Below, in pieces: positions 27,655-36,494 of a stretch of DNA of 49,203 bases. Below the pieces are notes generated by a model. That model did no database searches, had not been told where the DNA came from, and worked only from the letters and a program-made list of their open reading frames with translations. A program made the position numbers and the translations under genes. Origin of the DNA: an uncultured Gemmatimonadota bacterium (GTDB taxonomy: Bacteria > Gemmatimonadota > Gemmatimonadetes > Gemmatimonadales > Gemmatimonadaceae); assembly GCA_903876745.1 (NCBI GenBank), contig CAIRBD010000066.1:1-49203 (forward strand), given 5' to 3'. How positions within the stretch are numbered: the stretch's first letter is position 1; each line of letters begins with the position of its first letter.

Positions 27655-28703
27655 GGCGGTGTAGTGCTCAGGTGAAAGGACCCAGCGACCATCAGGGCAC
27701 GCACGGAGTCGATGGCCTGTCGCGCAGGCGTCGGCACACTGTTCGCCAGTGCCGGGTTAGCGACCCATCGGACGACATCGGACTTGGTGTCCAGACCGAT
27801 GATGCGCGGAACGAAGTGTCCGTCCTTCACCTCACGCGCGACAGTAATGAACGCGTGAGGGAGGTCGATCACCACACTGCCAAGCGTCACCGTCGGCGCG
27901 ACGGCATTCTGGTCGGAGTTCGAGCCGATGACATACACATTCTTCGATTCACGAACCGCCTGAAACACACCAAGGCCTGCCGCGTCGGCGTTCTGGAAGA
28001 TGACGTCGACGCCGCGACTGATCTGTGCGAGCGCCTGTTCCTTCCCGGCGGCCGCGTCGTCCCAATTTCCGATGAACGCCGTCACCACCGTTGCGCCGGG
28101 CTTGATTGCATGGACACCGGCGCTGAACGCAGAGAAGCTCGATTTCACCGGAGGGAGTTCAGTCCCGCCGATACAACCCACGGTCCCGCTTTTCGTCATC
28201 GCGGCAGCAACCATGCCGGCGAGGAACGAGGGCTCGTCGAAGGAAAAGCTCATTGCGGCTAGGTTCTTCCCGGTGGTCGTCCCTCCTGTCGTGACGTAGG
28301 TCGTCTTTGGATACGAGGGACTGATGCGGGCGGCCGCATCTTGAAACTCGAAACCATGGCCGAAGACCAGCGTGTAGCCACTCGCCCCATACTGACGGAA
28401 GTTCTCCTCGAACTCCGAGGGCGTCTTTGTCTGGATGTGGCTCACTTGCGCGTTCAGGCTGTCTTTGATTCGCATGAGCCCAGCATAGGCGCCACCATTC
28501 CAGGACTGATCAGAAATCGGTCCAGGGGTGAGTAGCGCCACACGAAACGCCGTGTCCTGCGCGCGGTCGGCGCCACCGCACGCTACCGCACTGAGCACAG
28601 AAAGGTGGACAACTGCTCGCAGGACCTTCCAACGCCACGTAGTCAATGTGTGTAAACCATTGGGAATAAATGTTTTATAGTGTTTTTGTAAACAAACAGA
28701 CAA
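27651..28703 (-). CDS. BMP-family (Med/PnrA-like) ABC substrate-binding lipoprotein
   Basis: Lipobox LSAVAC, then a BMP-type fold signature (LLTPGPISDQSWNGGAYAGL..., GHGFEF, FIGNWDD). The first roughly 20 codons are AT-rich, so the true start may be the in-frame TTG at 28646. Confidence 0.85.
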   Translation of the reverse strand: MSVCLQKHYKTFIPNGLHTLTTWRWKVLRAVVHLSVLSAVACGGADRAQDTAFRVALLTPGPISDQSWNGGAYAGLMRIKDSLNAQVSHIQTKTPSEFEENFRQYGASGYTLVFGHGFEFQDAAARISPSYPKTTYVTTGGTTTGKNLAAMSFSFDEPSFLAGMVAAAMTKSGTVGCIGGTELPPVKSSFSAFSAGVHAIKPGATVVTAFIGNWDDAAAGKEQALAQISRGVDVIFQNADAAGLGVFQAVRESKNVYVIGSNSDQNAVAPTVTLGSVVIDLPHAFITVAREVKDGHFVPRIIGLDTKSDVVRWVANPALANSVPTPARQAIDSVRALMVAGSFHLSTTPP

Positions 28704-28752
28704 GAAGCTACACTTGCCTGTTTTTCCACAAACACACGCGCCGTCATTCGAC

Positions 28753-29187
28753 TCACGGGGCTGGTGCGTGCGGTTCCTTCTCCACCTCCAACTGCAGCGC
28801 CCGACGCGATGCTACGTCGCTCATCTTGACCGAGCCGTTGATCTGCGCACCCTCGAGCACGATGATCGATTTCGTCTCGATGTCTCCATGAACCAAGGCA
28901 GACCCCTGAAGCTCCAATCGGTTCGTTGCGTGAATATTCCCCCGCACGTCGCCGCCGATGACGACCTCGTCAGCAACGACATTCCCGTGGATCGTGCCGC
29001 CGCGACCAAGCATCACCTGACGCGCGCTCGTCACCGACCCCTCCACGTGCCCATCAATCTTGATGGTACCTGCGGTTTCGAGGTCGCCGATGACGCGAAT
29101 CCCCACGGCGAGAATAGACAGCGTTCCCTCAGGAGCTCCGGAGCGTACTTCAGGGCGCTGAGCGCCGTCCTTCCCGAACATCGCCAA
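28753..29187 (-). CDS. Bactofilin (polymer-forming cytoskeletal protein)
   Basis: 144 aa of repetitive beta-helix pattern: IGDLETAGTIKIDGHVEGSV..., GTIHGNVVADEVVIGGDVRGNIHATNRLELQGSALVHGDIETKSIIVLEGAQINGSVKM. Confidence 0.85.
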   Translation of the reverse strand: MAMFGKDGAQRPEVRSGAPEGTLSILAVGIRVIGDLETAGTIKIDGHVEGSVTSARQVMLGRGGTIHGNVVADEVVIGGDVRGNIHATNRLELQGSALVHGDIETKSIIVLEGAQINGSVKMSDVASRRALQLEVEKEPHAPAP

Positions 29188-29207
29188 GTGTCCTCCGATG
29201 GTGTTGG

Positions 29208-29711
29208 CTACGGAACGTGCCGGCGCGCACTGCTGTCGCCTTTCTGGGGTCGAGTACTGTCCTGCTTGGTCGTTCGAACTGACCGCTCCAGAGGGGCAGA
29301 GGGATGTTCACGGGCGGCGCCAGTCACCGGCGTCGTGCCGGTTCCAGGGCCGGGCACGCTCAGCATGCGCTGTACTTGATCATAACGTTGCTGCATCTGC
29401 GAGAGTGCCTGTTGCAGCGTGTCCAGTCGGCGTGCGTCGTCTTCCATCCGCGACAGACGCCGGGTCAGTAACGGCACACGGACCGCTTGCGCCGCGAAAA
29501 ATACCCAACTTGCGAACCCTCCAAGGAGTAGCGCGAAGAACCACCGGGAGAGTAGCACACGAAGCGCCTGCACCTGCCACGCAGAGAGCGTGAGGGTGCG
29601 GTGTGCGAGACCACTCTCGCGCTGCACGTGGACCAACATGGCGCCGGAGTCACGGGAGAAGATGTTCCCGTGATGCTGCGGCTGCCTCTCCGGCGGGCCG
29701 CCAACACTCAC
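29208..29711 (-). CDS. Hypothetical single-pass membrane protein with a coiled-coil segment
   Basis: The GTG start overlaps the parB stop (GTGA). TM segment WFFALLLGGFASWVFFAAQAV, followed by the heptad-like RRLSRMEDDARRLDTLQQALSQMQQRYDQVQRML. No family recognised. Confidence 0.5.
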   Translation of the reverse strand: MSVGGPPERQPQHHGNIFSRDSGAMLVHVQRESGLAHRTLTLSAWQVQALRVLLSRWFFALLLGGFASWVFFAAQAVRVPLLTRRLSRMEDDARRLDTLQQALSQMQQRYDQVQRMLSVPGPGTGTTPVTGAAREHPSAPLERSVRTTKQDSTRPQKGDSSARRHVP

Positions 29712-30646
29712 AGCGCTTCCCTTGCGTCGCCAAGGACGATGTCGAGCACACGCTCGAGATCATCCGCCGAGTAGAAGGCGATGCGAATCTCTCCCTTGTC
29801 TTTGGCGTTCAAATGGATGCGGACGTCGGTTTGGAGTCGACGACGCAACTCATCTTCCAGCCGGCCGACCTCTGGCGCTCGCTTGGTCGGGGCCTCGCCG
29901 TTCACCGGTGTCTTCGCGCGTGTGCGTGTGGCCCCGGACTCACGGACTCGGCGTTCGACATCACGCACGCTGAGTCCATCGGAAACGACCACCTTCGCCA
30001 GCTCAATCATGCGGTGGTCGTCTCCAAAGGCGAGCAGCGCACGCGCGTGTCCGAGTGTCAACTGGCCCTCGCGCACCATGCGCCGAACACCGGATGGTAG
30101 CGCGAGCAAGCGCAGCGTGTTCGCGACGGTCGAGCGATCCTTGCCAACGACATCGGCAACTTCCTGTTGCGTCAGCGAGAACTGCGAGATCAACTGTTGA
30201 TAGCCTTCGGCCTCTTCGATCGGGTTGAGGTCAGCGCGCTGCAGGTTCTCGACGAGCGCGAGCGTCAAGGCCTTCTTGTCGTCGACATCGCCTTCCCCTC
30301 GGACGATCGCGGGAATCTCCGTCCATCCAATACGTTGCACGGCGCGGAAGCGACGCTCCCCCGCGATCAACTCATATCCGCCGTTGGCGGTACGTACGGT
30401 GACCGGCTGCAGAAGGCCGTTCGACCGAATGCTCGCCTCGAGATCGGCGAGGTCGGTCGCGTCGAACTCCTTTCTAGGCTGTAGCGAGTTCGGGCGAATC
30501 TGCCCCAACGGAATCTGCCGCAACCCAAGCTTGGGCAACTCGTCTGCCGGGGTTACCGGAACAGCCGGCACGTCAGAACTGTGCGGCCGCACGGCAAGCA
30601 ATGCCTCGAGTCCACGACCAAGGCGCCTCGTTTTATCGACGGACAT
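29708..30646 (-). CDS. parB: Chromosome partitioning protein ParB (Spo0J)
   Basis: RLGRGLEALL, ParB box GLLQPVTVR...YELIAGERRFRA, HTH LTQQEVADVVGKDRSTVANTLRLL. Confidence 0.93.
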   Translation of the reverse strand: MSVDKTRRLGRGLEALLAVRPHSSDVPAVPVTPADELPKLGLRQIPLGQIRPNSLQPRKEFDATDLADLEASIRSNGLLQPVTVRTANGGYELIAGERRFRAVQRIGWTEIPAIVRGEGDVDDKKALTLALVENLQRADLNPIEEAEGYQQLISQFSLTQQEVADVVGKDRSTVANTLRLLALPSGVRRMVREGQLTLGHARALLAFGDDHRMIELAKVVVSDGLSVRDVERRVRESGATRTRAKTPVNGEAPTKRAPEVGRLEDELRRRLQTDVRIHLNAKDKGEIRIAFYSADDLERVLDIVLGDAREAL

Positions 30647-30727
30647 CGAATCTCATCCAGGAGAAGAGATGGAAACAAAAGTTTACAAAAAAGCTATATC
30701 CTATTTAAACAAAACACTTTACAGAAA

Positions 30728-31501
30728 CTACTGACGGCTAGTCTTTTCAATGACTTCCTTGGCAACGGCCATATACGCCTGCGCGCCGACCGAAGCAACA
30801 TCGTACAGAATTATGGGCTTTCCAAAACTTGGGGCCTCGGCGAGCCTCACGTTCCTCGGAACGACGTTTTCAAACACTTTCGCCCCAAAGTAGTCCCGTG
30901 CATCAGTCGCCACCTGCCGAGAAAGATTGAGGCGCGCGTCGTACATCGTCAGGAGAACGCCGTCGATCGCAAGTGTTGGATTTACCCCCTGCTGAACAAG
31001 CCGAACGGTGTTGAGTAGCTGGGATAGCCCCTCCAAGGCGTAGTACTCGCACTGAAGGGGAATCAGCAGCGCGTCCGCCGCGGCAAGCATATTCACCGTG
31101 ATAAGACCGAGCGAAGGCGGGCAGTCGATCAAGATGAAATCATACTCGCTCCTGACAGAGTCCAGGGCGCGCCTCATCGAAAGCTCCCGATCCTGCTTGT
31201 CCACCAGCTCTACCTCGGCGCCCGCCAAGTCAGGAGTTGCTGGCAAGACGTCGAGGTGCTTGAACTGAACCCCGCGGATGATTGCGGAGGAGATGGCCCC
31301 GGGATCAAGGAGCACATCGTAGACCGTACCCTCAAACCCCCCGCGCTCAATGCCTATTCCGCTCGTAGCATTTCCCTGAGGGTCGCCGTCCACGAGCAAG
31401 ACACGCTGCTCTGCAGCAGCAAGACTCGCTGCCAAGTTCACGGCGGTGGTCGTCTTCCCGACCCCGCCCTTCTGATTAGCAATCGCGATGACTCGAGCCA
31501 A
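30728..31501 (-). CDS. parA: Chromosome partitioning ATPase ParA (Soj)
   Basis: Deviant Walker [41 protein letters not shown]. Confidence 0.95.
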   Translation of the reverse strand: MARVIAIANQKGGVGKTTTAVNLAASLAAAEQRVLLVDGDPQGNATSGIGIERGGFEGTVYDVLLDPGAISSAIIRGVQFKHLDVLPATPDLAGAEVELVDKQDRELSMRRALDSVRSEYDFILIDCPPSLGLITVNMLAAADALLIPLQCEYYALEGLSQLLNTVRLVQQGVNPTLAIDGVLLTMYDARLNLSRQVATDARDYFGAKVFENVVPRNVRLAEAPSFGKPIILYDVASVGAQAYMAVAKEVIEKTSRQ

Positions 31502-31580
31502 GGCCTTTTCGTGTAGGAGTCGGGAACCGGGAGACTATTTCGTGAACATACCGGGCAGGTGCTACAGTAGCAAGCTGGAG

Positions 31581-31596
31581 TGTTCCACGTGGAACA
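31581..31596. promoter_or_regulatory. parS centromere site (TGTTCCACGTGGAACA), the core of a perfect 24-bp palindrome at 31577-31600
   Basis: Matches the parS consensus tGTTNCACGTGAAACa at all conserved positions. Lies 80 nt upstream of the parA start. Confidence 0.85.
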
Positions 31597-32048
31597 CTCC
31601 ACACTGAAGTGTTGGCAACAACCTGCCCCGAGCTACGCCAGCCCCATGCGCTGCGTCACGGAGACGTCGGAGCCGACAGAAACAGCAGCGTCTGGAAAGC
31701 CCTGTGTCCCATCAGCCACAGCCACCGACTACGCCGACCCGCGCGAACCGATCGTTTGGGTTGCGATTGGAGAAGTCCTCGTTGCTTGGCGTGTGATGAT
31801 GCCCGAGCCCTGATCGCCGGCAGCGAGTCGCTTTCTATGCCGCGCTCAGATCATGTCCGCCCGCTGTCAGGGCGCGTGAATCCTACCGGACCGGCTGTAG
31901 GGGGGTACTCGAGGGACAGGGCAACTGAGAGCCAGGGCGGACAGGGCCGCGAGATCCGCGGAAAATCCGTGGGGTGTTCGCGCGCGCTCCCGGCGGGTTC
32001 CCGCCGCCCGCGGAACTCGACGCCGCGACATCCTGCGCGTCGGTTGAA

Positions 32049-32071
32049 TTAAGTATCATTCAGATACTAAT
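32049..32071. repeat. Palindrome TTAAGTATC-attca-GATACTAAT in the parA-upstream gap (same GTATC-N5-GATAC core as the mnmE site)
   Basis: Arms match 7/9 and the core is 5+5 perfect. A related half-site, TGATACTAAAT, lies 70 bp to the right (32132-32142). Confidence 0.6.
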
Positions 32072-32185
32072 ACGGCCGTAGACACGGCCACTCGCACCAT
32101 GCGGTCGCACGGCGGTTCATAAATACCAATATGATACTAAATGTGGGATGCGCCGCATTCCGTGCGGCGAACCCATCGGGCAAGG

Positions 32186-34258
32186 CTAGTGCGCCGGCGA
32201 ACGCCACGCGCGCAGGAGCGAATCTCGACGCAACGGTAGCCACTCCAGTGGAGCGTCAGCCGCAGGCCCGAGGTGCCGCAGGAGGTAGACCTGACGTTCT
32301 GGGAAGTCACGAAGAAGGAGGGAGTCACGGGCCTGCAGATCTCGGGCATAGACGTTGCCGTTCGCACGCTCGAGCAGCAGTGGCGCGAAGTGCACATACC
32401 CGCTGCGGTCGTCGTTCATCCGTGCGACGCACACGGCGTCGTAGGGCGCGCCGGGTCGATACTTCTCCGTGCTGTCCGGAGAGAACGGACTGCCGCGAAC
32501 CAGAGCAGAGTCGTTGATCAACGGCCACAAGCGTGACTCGGCGACGGCGTCTCGCGCTCCGATCGCCTCGATATCCCGGAGCGTTCGGTCCAGTGCGCAC
32601 GCGTCGACCCTCGCATAAAGCGTCTCGGACGCGCTGCGGGAAACGCCCGCGCTCCACATGCGCGCCACCAACTGCGCGCCCCAACTTTCCCGGACGATCA
32701 CCAGCGCGTCACGGACTCCTGCTCCGGCGGCGGCAGATGAATAGTCAACGCGTGTCGACGTGAGGCCGCTCCGATACTGGGTCACGCGCACCGGGAGCGA
32801 AAATCCTGTCGCCATCACGGCACCTGTCCACAGGAACGCGTGGACGAACGTGCGAGCCTCAGCTGCATGCGCCGCGCGCCAGGCGGCCGCTCTCACCGGT
32901 AACCGCGCCCCCAAGAGGCTCGAAGGAAACCGTGCCGTCCATAAGACGAGGGCGGGAAGCCAGCAGACGACGAATCGCGGGCCGAGGAAGAAACCGTCGT
33001 GCCAATACGCGAGATACAAAGCACCCAAGAACGTGCTGGCGATCAGCACGTAACGGTCGAGTTCCCGGAGCCGGCGCGTCAGTGCCAGGGCGACAATCGC
33101 AGGGAGCAGCGCAGGGAACGGTGTCTCGAACAAGTACGTCTGCAACCGTGTGACATAGAGCGACAACAACTCCACGCCGCGGGCAGGCGTATGCGACGCT
33201 CCCCAAGGGGAGACGTGGAACCCGATCCCGTGGGCGCTTCCCCAAAGCACTTCATAACCAAACGCGAGGGGCGCGCCGGTCGTTCTGAAGTTCACATACA
33301 GCAACGCACTCATCGGCAATGCGACGCCGACGCCGGATGCCACCAGCGCGACCACTCCCGTGCGGTCCTTCCGTGTCCGCCATGCATCGAAAGCGCGCCA
33401 ACTCAACCACGCGCCAGCCGGTAGCGCGAATGCGAACGCGTCGAGTGGTCGCAGTGTAGCGGCCGCGCCGAGCGCCAGGCCTGTGCCGAACGCGAGGCCT
33501 GCACTCCGGCCGCGGACATGCTCGCCGAGCAATACCATGGCGAGGAGAAGCCACATCAACGTCGGGCCGTGATTCATGTGCGAGCCGAACTGGAACGCGG
33601 CAAACGGTGTGATCGCAAAGAGCACGGCCCTAGCGCGCGCCGTCCTTCGGGGTGCTTCCGGCTCCAGCAGGCGCACGAGATGCGCGAACAGGACGACGGA
33701 CACAGCGCCACAGAACGGACCAGCCAGCCAGGTGGCGTGCAGGCGCTCGGCGACCGACAGCATCGCGGGCCATCCCGCTGGGAACTGCGAATACACCTTG
33801 TCGGCGAGGTCGACGACATTCAGTGCGGAGAAGAACTCCCGGTGCGGCGCGACCGGGAGCGCGAGTCGTCCTGTGGCGAAGATATGCGCCTGAAAGACCT
33901 GAACAAGTTCGTCGATGGTCAGCGGTCTCCCGGAGAACACCAGCCGGGCGATCGTGGCGTATAACGCGAACGCCAACGCGAAGAGGAGGGTGCGAAACGC
34001 CCATGTTTCTCGCTGAGGTGCCTCTCCGGCGGACGCTGGTGACGCCAGCGCGTCGGCGATGGTGTGCGGTGGGGTGGGCGCGGGGTGCGCCGTCCACCGG
34101 GCCGTGCCTCGCGCAATGATCACCGCGAGGATAGCGACGCCGATACAGATCGCCGTGCCGTATCCCCACTCTGCCCACCGCGACGCATACGCGGGATCTG
34201 ATCGTCCGCCGGCGATCCAGTTCGCGAAGGGCAGGCAACCAAGGAGGGTGAGTACCAA
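32186..34258 (-). CDS. Large polytopic membrane protein, GT-C (ArnT/PMT, family 39/83-like) glycosyltransferase fold, with a C-terminal soluble domain
   Basis: 690 aa with more than 10 hydrophobic segments. An acidic first-loop motif (RPLTIDELVQVFQAHIF) resembles GT-C enzymes. The C-terminal roughly 220 aa are hydrophilic. Located directly downstream of mnmG. Confidence 0.55.
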   Translation of the reverse strand: MVLTLLGCLPFANWIAGGRSDPAYASRWAEWGYGTAICIGVAILAVIIARGTARWTAHPAPTPPHTIADALASPASAGEAPQRETWAFRTLLFALAFALYATIARLVFSGRPLTIDELVQVFQAHIFATGRLALPVAPHREFFSALNVVDLADKVYSQFPAGWPAMLSVAERLHATWLAGPFCGAVSVVLFAHLVRLLEPEAPRRTARARAVLFAITPFAAFQFGSHMNHGPTLMWLLLAMVLLGEHVRGRSAGLAFGTGLALGAAATLRPLDAFAFALPAGAWLSWRAFDAWRTRKDRTGVVALVASGVGVALPMSALLYVNFRTTGAPLAFGYEVLWGSAHGIGFHVSPWGASHTPARGVELLSLYVTRLQTYLFETPFPALLPAIVALALTRRLRELDRYVLIASTFLGALYLAYWHDGFFLGPRFVVCWLPALVLWTARFPSSLLGARLPVRAAAWRAAHAAEARTFVHAFLWTGAVMATGFSLPVRVTQYRSGLTSTRVDYSSAAAGAGVRDALVIVRESWGAQLVARMWSAGVSRSASETLYARVDACALDRTLRDIEAIGARDAVAESRLWPLINDSALVRGSPFSPDSTEKYRPGAPYDAVCVARMNDDRSGYVHFAPLLLERANGNVYARDLQARDSLLLRDFPERQVYLLRHLGPAADAPLEWLPLRRDSLLRAWRSPAH

Positions 34259-34263
34259 CGCGA

Positions 34264-36171
34264 TCAGCCGCGCGATCTCTCGATCTCCAGGATGAGGTTC
34301 TGAAGGTCCGCGGGACTGACCCCGGGAATATTCGCTGCTTGTGCGAGCGTCGCCGGCCGCCGGGTCGAGAGTTTCTGTCTCGATTCGATGGAAAGAGAGC
34401 GCATGGTATCGTAGGCCGCATCCACAGGAAGCGCGAATCCAGCCATGCGCCGCAAGCGTTCGGCTGCTTCCCTTTCGCGTACGAAATACCCTTCGTATTT
34501 CAGTTCGAGCTCGACCGTCGTGAGTGCGTCATGGGGCAGATCGTCACCGACACCCGTCGATGCGAACAGCGCGCTGAGGGATACCCCGTTGCGCCTCGCC
34601 AACTCGGCAACGCGCGCGGCGTGCGGCAGCCTGGCTCCACCACCGGCGAGGAGCAACTCGTCCACTTGTTCCGGGCGGGCGCTCGTTTCCCGGGCAAGAG
34701 ACATGGCGCGATCCTCGGCCGCGAGCCGCGCCTCAACGCACGCACGTTCGCGGTCAGAGTAGAGACCGAGCGAGTCCCCCAGTGGAGAGAGCCGTCGCAC
34801 GGCATTGTCCTGCCGCACCGTGAGACGAAACTCGGATCGCGAGGTGAATAGACGGTACGGTTCATCCACGCCGCGCGTCACGAGATCATCCACGAGAACA
34901 CCGAGATACGAGGACTCGCGCCCAAACACGACTGACTCTAGATCCAGTGCGCGTGCAGCCGCGTTCAGTCCCGCAACGGTACCTTGGCCGCCGGCCTCTT
35001 CGTAGCCGGTCGTTCCGTTGATTTGGCCCGCGAGGAACAACCCGGCGATACCGCGCATCTCAAGCGTGGCATGCAACTGGGTGGGCGGGCAGTAGTCGTA
35101 TTCGATGGCATAGCCGGCTCGCGTCATCTCGACCCGTGAAAGCCCGGGGACGGAGCGCAGCATTGCGATCTGAACCCCTGCAGGCAACGACGTCGACAGG
35201 CCGTTGACATACAGTTCGTGCGTATCGAGTCCCTCGGGTTCAAGGAATATCTGATGGCGTTCCGCGTCGGGGAAACGCACGATCTTGTCTTCGATCGACG
35301 GACAATAGCGTGGTCCCCGCGCGCCGATGGCGCCACCATACATCGCAGACTCATCGATGTGGTCGGCGACGATGCGTTTGGTGGGGGCGTTCGCGTAGGT
35401 GATCCAACAAGGAAGTTGCTCAAGACGGAAACGCGGCTGATCCTGTCCGCCGGAACGAAAGGCCGACCAAGAGTAGTCGAAATCGTCGAGCTCGCTGTCC
35501 TGCCGCTGAAGCAACGTGAAGTCGACCGTTCGTCCGTCGATACGCGGTGGCGTACCAGTCTTGAATCGCGCGAGGGTCAGGCCCAGGTCGGTGAGTTGCT
35601 CGGCCAGGTGCGTGGTTGCCGCCTCGCCCGCCCTTCCGCCCGGGACGGTCGAGTCGGTGCCAATATGGATCCGACCCAGCAGGAACGTGCCGGTGGTGAT
35701 TACGACGGCTCGAGCTCCGAACCTGCGCCCCTCGAGGGTTTGAACTCCGGTGACCGTAGAATCCCCGTCGGAAAGCAGGAGTTGCTGCACCGTACCCTGT
35801 ACGATGGACACCCCGGATTGTGCCTCGACGAGTGAACGAACGGCACGCCGGTACAGGCCGCGATCGCATTGTGCCCGCGGGGCCCAGACCGCCGGCCCCT
35901 TCCCCCTGTTCAGCATACGGAACTGGATCGTGGCCAAATCCGTCGCCTTCCCCATCACGCCCCCGAGCGCGTCGATCTCGCGAACGACGGTCCCTTTCGC
36001 GACGCCGCCGATGGCGGGATTGCACGACATCTGTCCGATGGTCTCGATGGAACTGGTGACAAGCGCGACACGTGCGCCCCGTCTCGCGGCGGAGACCGCG
36101 GCCTCGGTGCCCGCGTGCCCTCCCCCGATGACAATGACGTCGAACTCGTCGTCGAACCTTGTGGCAATCAT
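34264..36171 (-). CDS. mnmG: tRNA uridine 5-carboxymethylaminomethyl modification enzyme MnmG (GidA)
   Basis: Start at ATG 36171 (MIATRFDDEFDVIVIGGGHAGTEAA). Also SCNPAIGG, GPRYCPSIEDK, GQINGTTGYEEA. Confidence 0.96.
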   Translation of the reverse strand: MIATRFDDEFDVIVIGGGHAGTEAAVSAARRGARVALVTSSIETIGQMSCNPAIGGVAKGTVVREIDALGGVMGKATDLATIQFRMLNRGKGPAVWAPRAQCDRGLYRRAVRSLVEAQSGVSIVQGTVQQLLLSDGDSTVTGVQTLEGRRFGARAVVITTGTFLLGRIHIGTDSTVPGGRAGEAATTHLAEQLTDLGLTLARFKTGTPPRIDGRTVDFTLLQRQDSELDDFDYSWSAFRSGGQDQPRFRLEQLPCWITYANAPTKRIVADHIDESAMYGGAIGARGPRYCPSIEDKIVRFPDAERHQIFLEPEGLDTHELYVNGLSTSLPAGVQIAMLRSVPGLSRVEMTRAGYAIEYDYCPPTQLHATLEMRGIAGLFLAGQINGTTGYEEAGGQGTVAGLNAAARALDLESVVFGRESSYLGVLVDDLVTRGVDEPYRLFTSRSEFRLTVRQDNAVRRLSPLGDSLGLYSDRERACVEARLAAEDRAMSLARETSARPEQVDELLLAGGGARLPHAARVAELARRNGVSLSALFASTGVGDDLPHDALTTVELELKYEGYFVREREAAERLRRMAGFALPVDAAYDTMRSLSIESRQKLSTRRPATLAQAANIPGVSPADLQNLILEIERSRG

Positions 36172-36194
36172 CACCAGAAAGCTATCGTGCCCGC

Positions 36195-36482
36195 ATGCCA
36201 CTTCCACTCGCTGCCAGCGCACCGACTTTGTTGGTCCGCAAAGAAGCCTTCGAACGCGTCGGTCTCACCCGGGCGGGAATCGACCGCGCTCTGACGCTGA
36301 CGGACGAGGAGTTCCGCGTCGAAGGGCCCCTGATTGCCATCGGACCCATCTATGACGACGCGGCACTTTCGGCGCTCCTGGCGGAACTCGAAACGCTCGG
36401 ACTTGCATACTTCGACGATTTCTTTGAGATGAGCGGCAACTGGCCCGCTTGGCTCACCGTGTTTGCCAAGAGCGCGGGATAA
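36195..36482 (+). CDS. Small acidic hypothetical protein (95 aa)
   Basis: ATG 36195. Balanced composition and GC-rich third positions (…LTDEEFRVEGPLIAIGPIYDDAALSALLAELETLGLAYFDDFFEMSGNWPAWL…). Followed by a very strong hairpin. No family recognised. Confidence 0.55.
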   Translation: MPLPLAASAPTLLVRKEAFERVGLTRAGIDRALTLTDEEFRVEGPLIAIGPIYDDAALSALLAELETLGLAYFDDFFEMSGNWPAWLTVFAKSAG

Positions 36483-36494
36483 GCTGGTGGTGCA

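Noticed and set aside
31985-32010. ggcgggttcccgccgcc looked like a tRNA/tmRNA T-arm.
   Set aside because: It lacks the GGTTCGAnTCC T-loop consensus (the loop is only TTC). There is no acceptor stem or CCA context and no tag-peptide reading frame nearby. It is just a GC hairpin.
31609-32052. 147-aa plus-strand ORF filling the parA-upstream gap, and the overlapping 77-aa ORF at 31580-31813.
   Set aside because: The translation is Arg/Ser/Pro-rich with no motifs. The 77-aa ORF would start inside the parS palindrome. Only the 55-aa sub-ORF from ATG 31645 has moderately host-like third-position GC, which is too weak to call.
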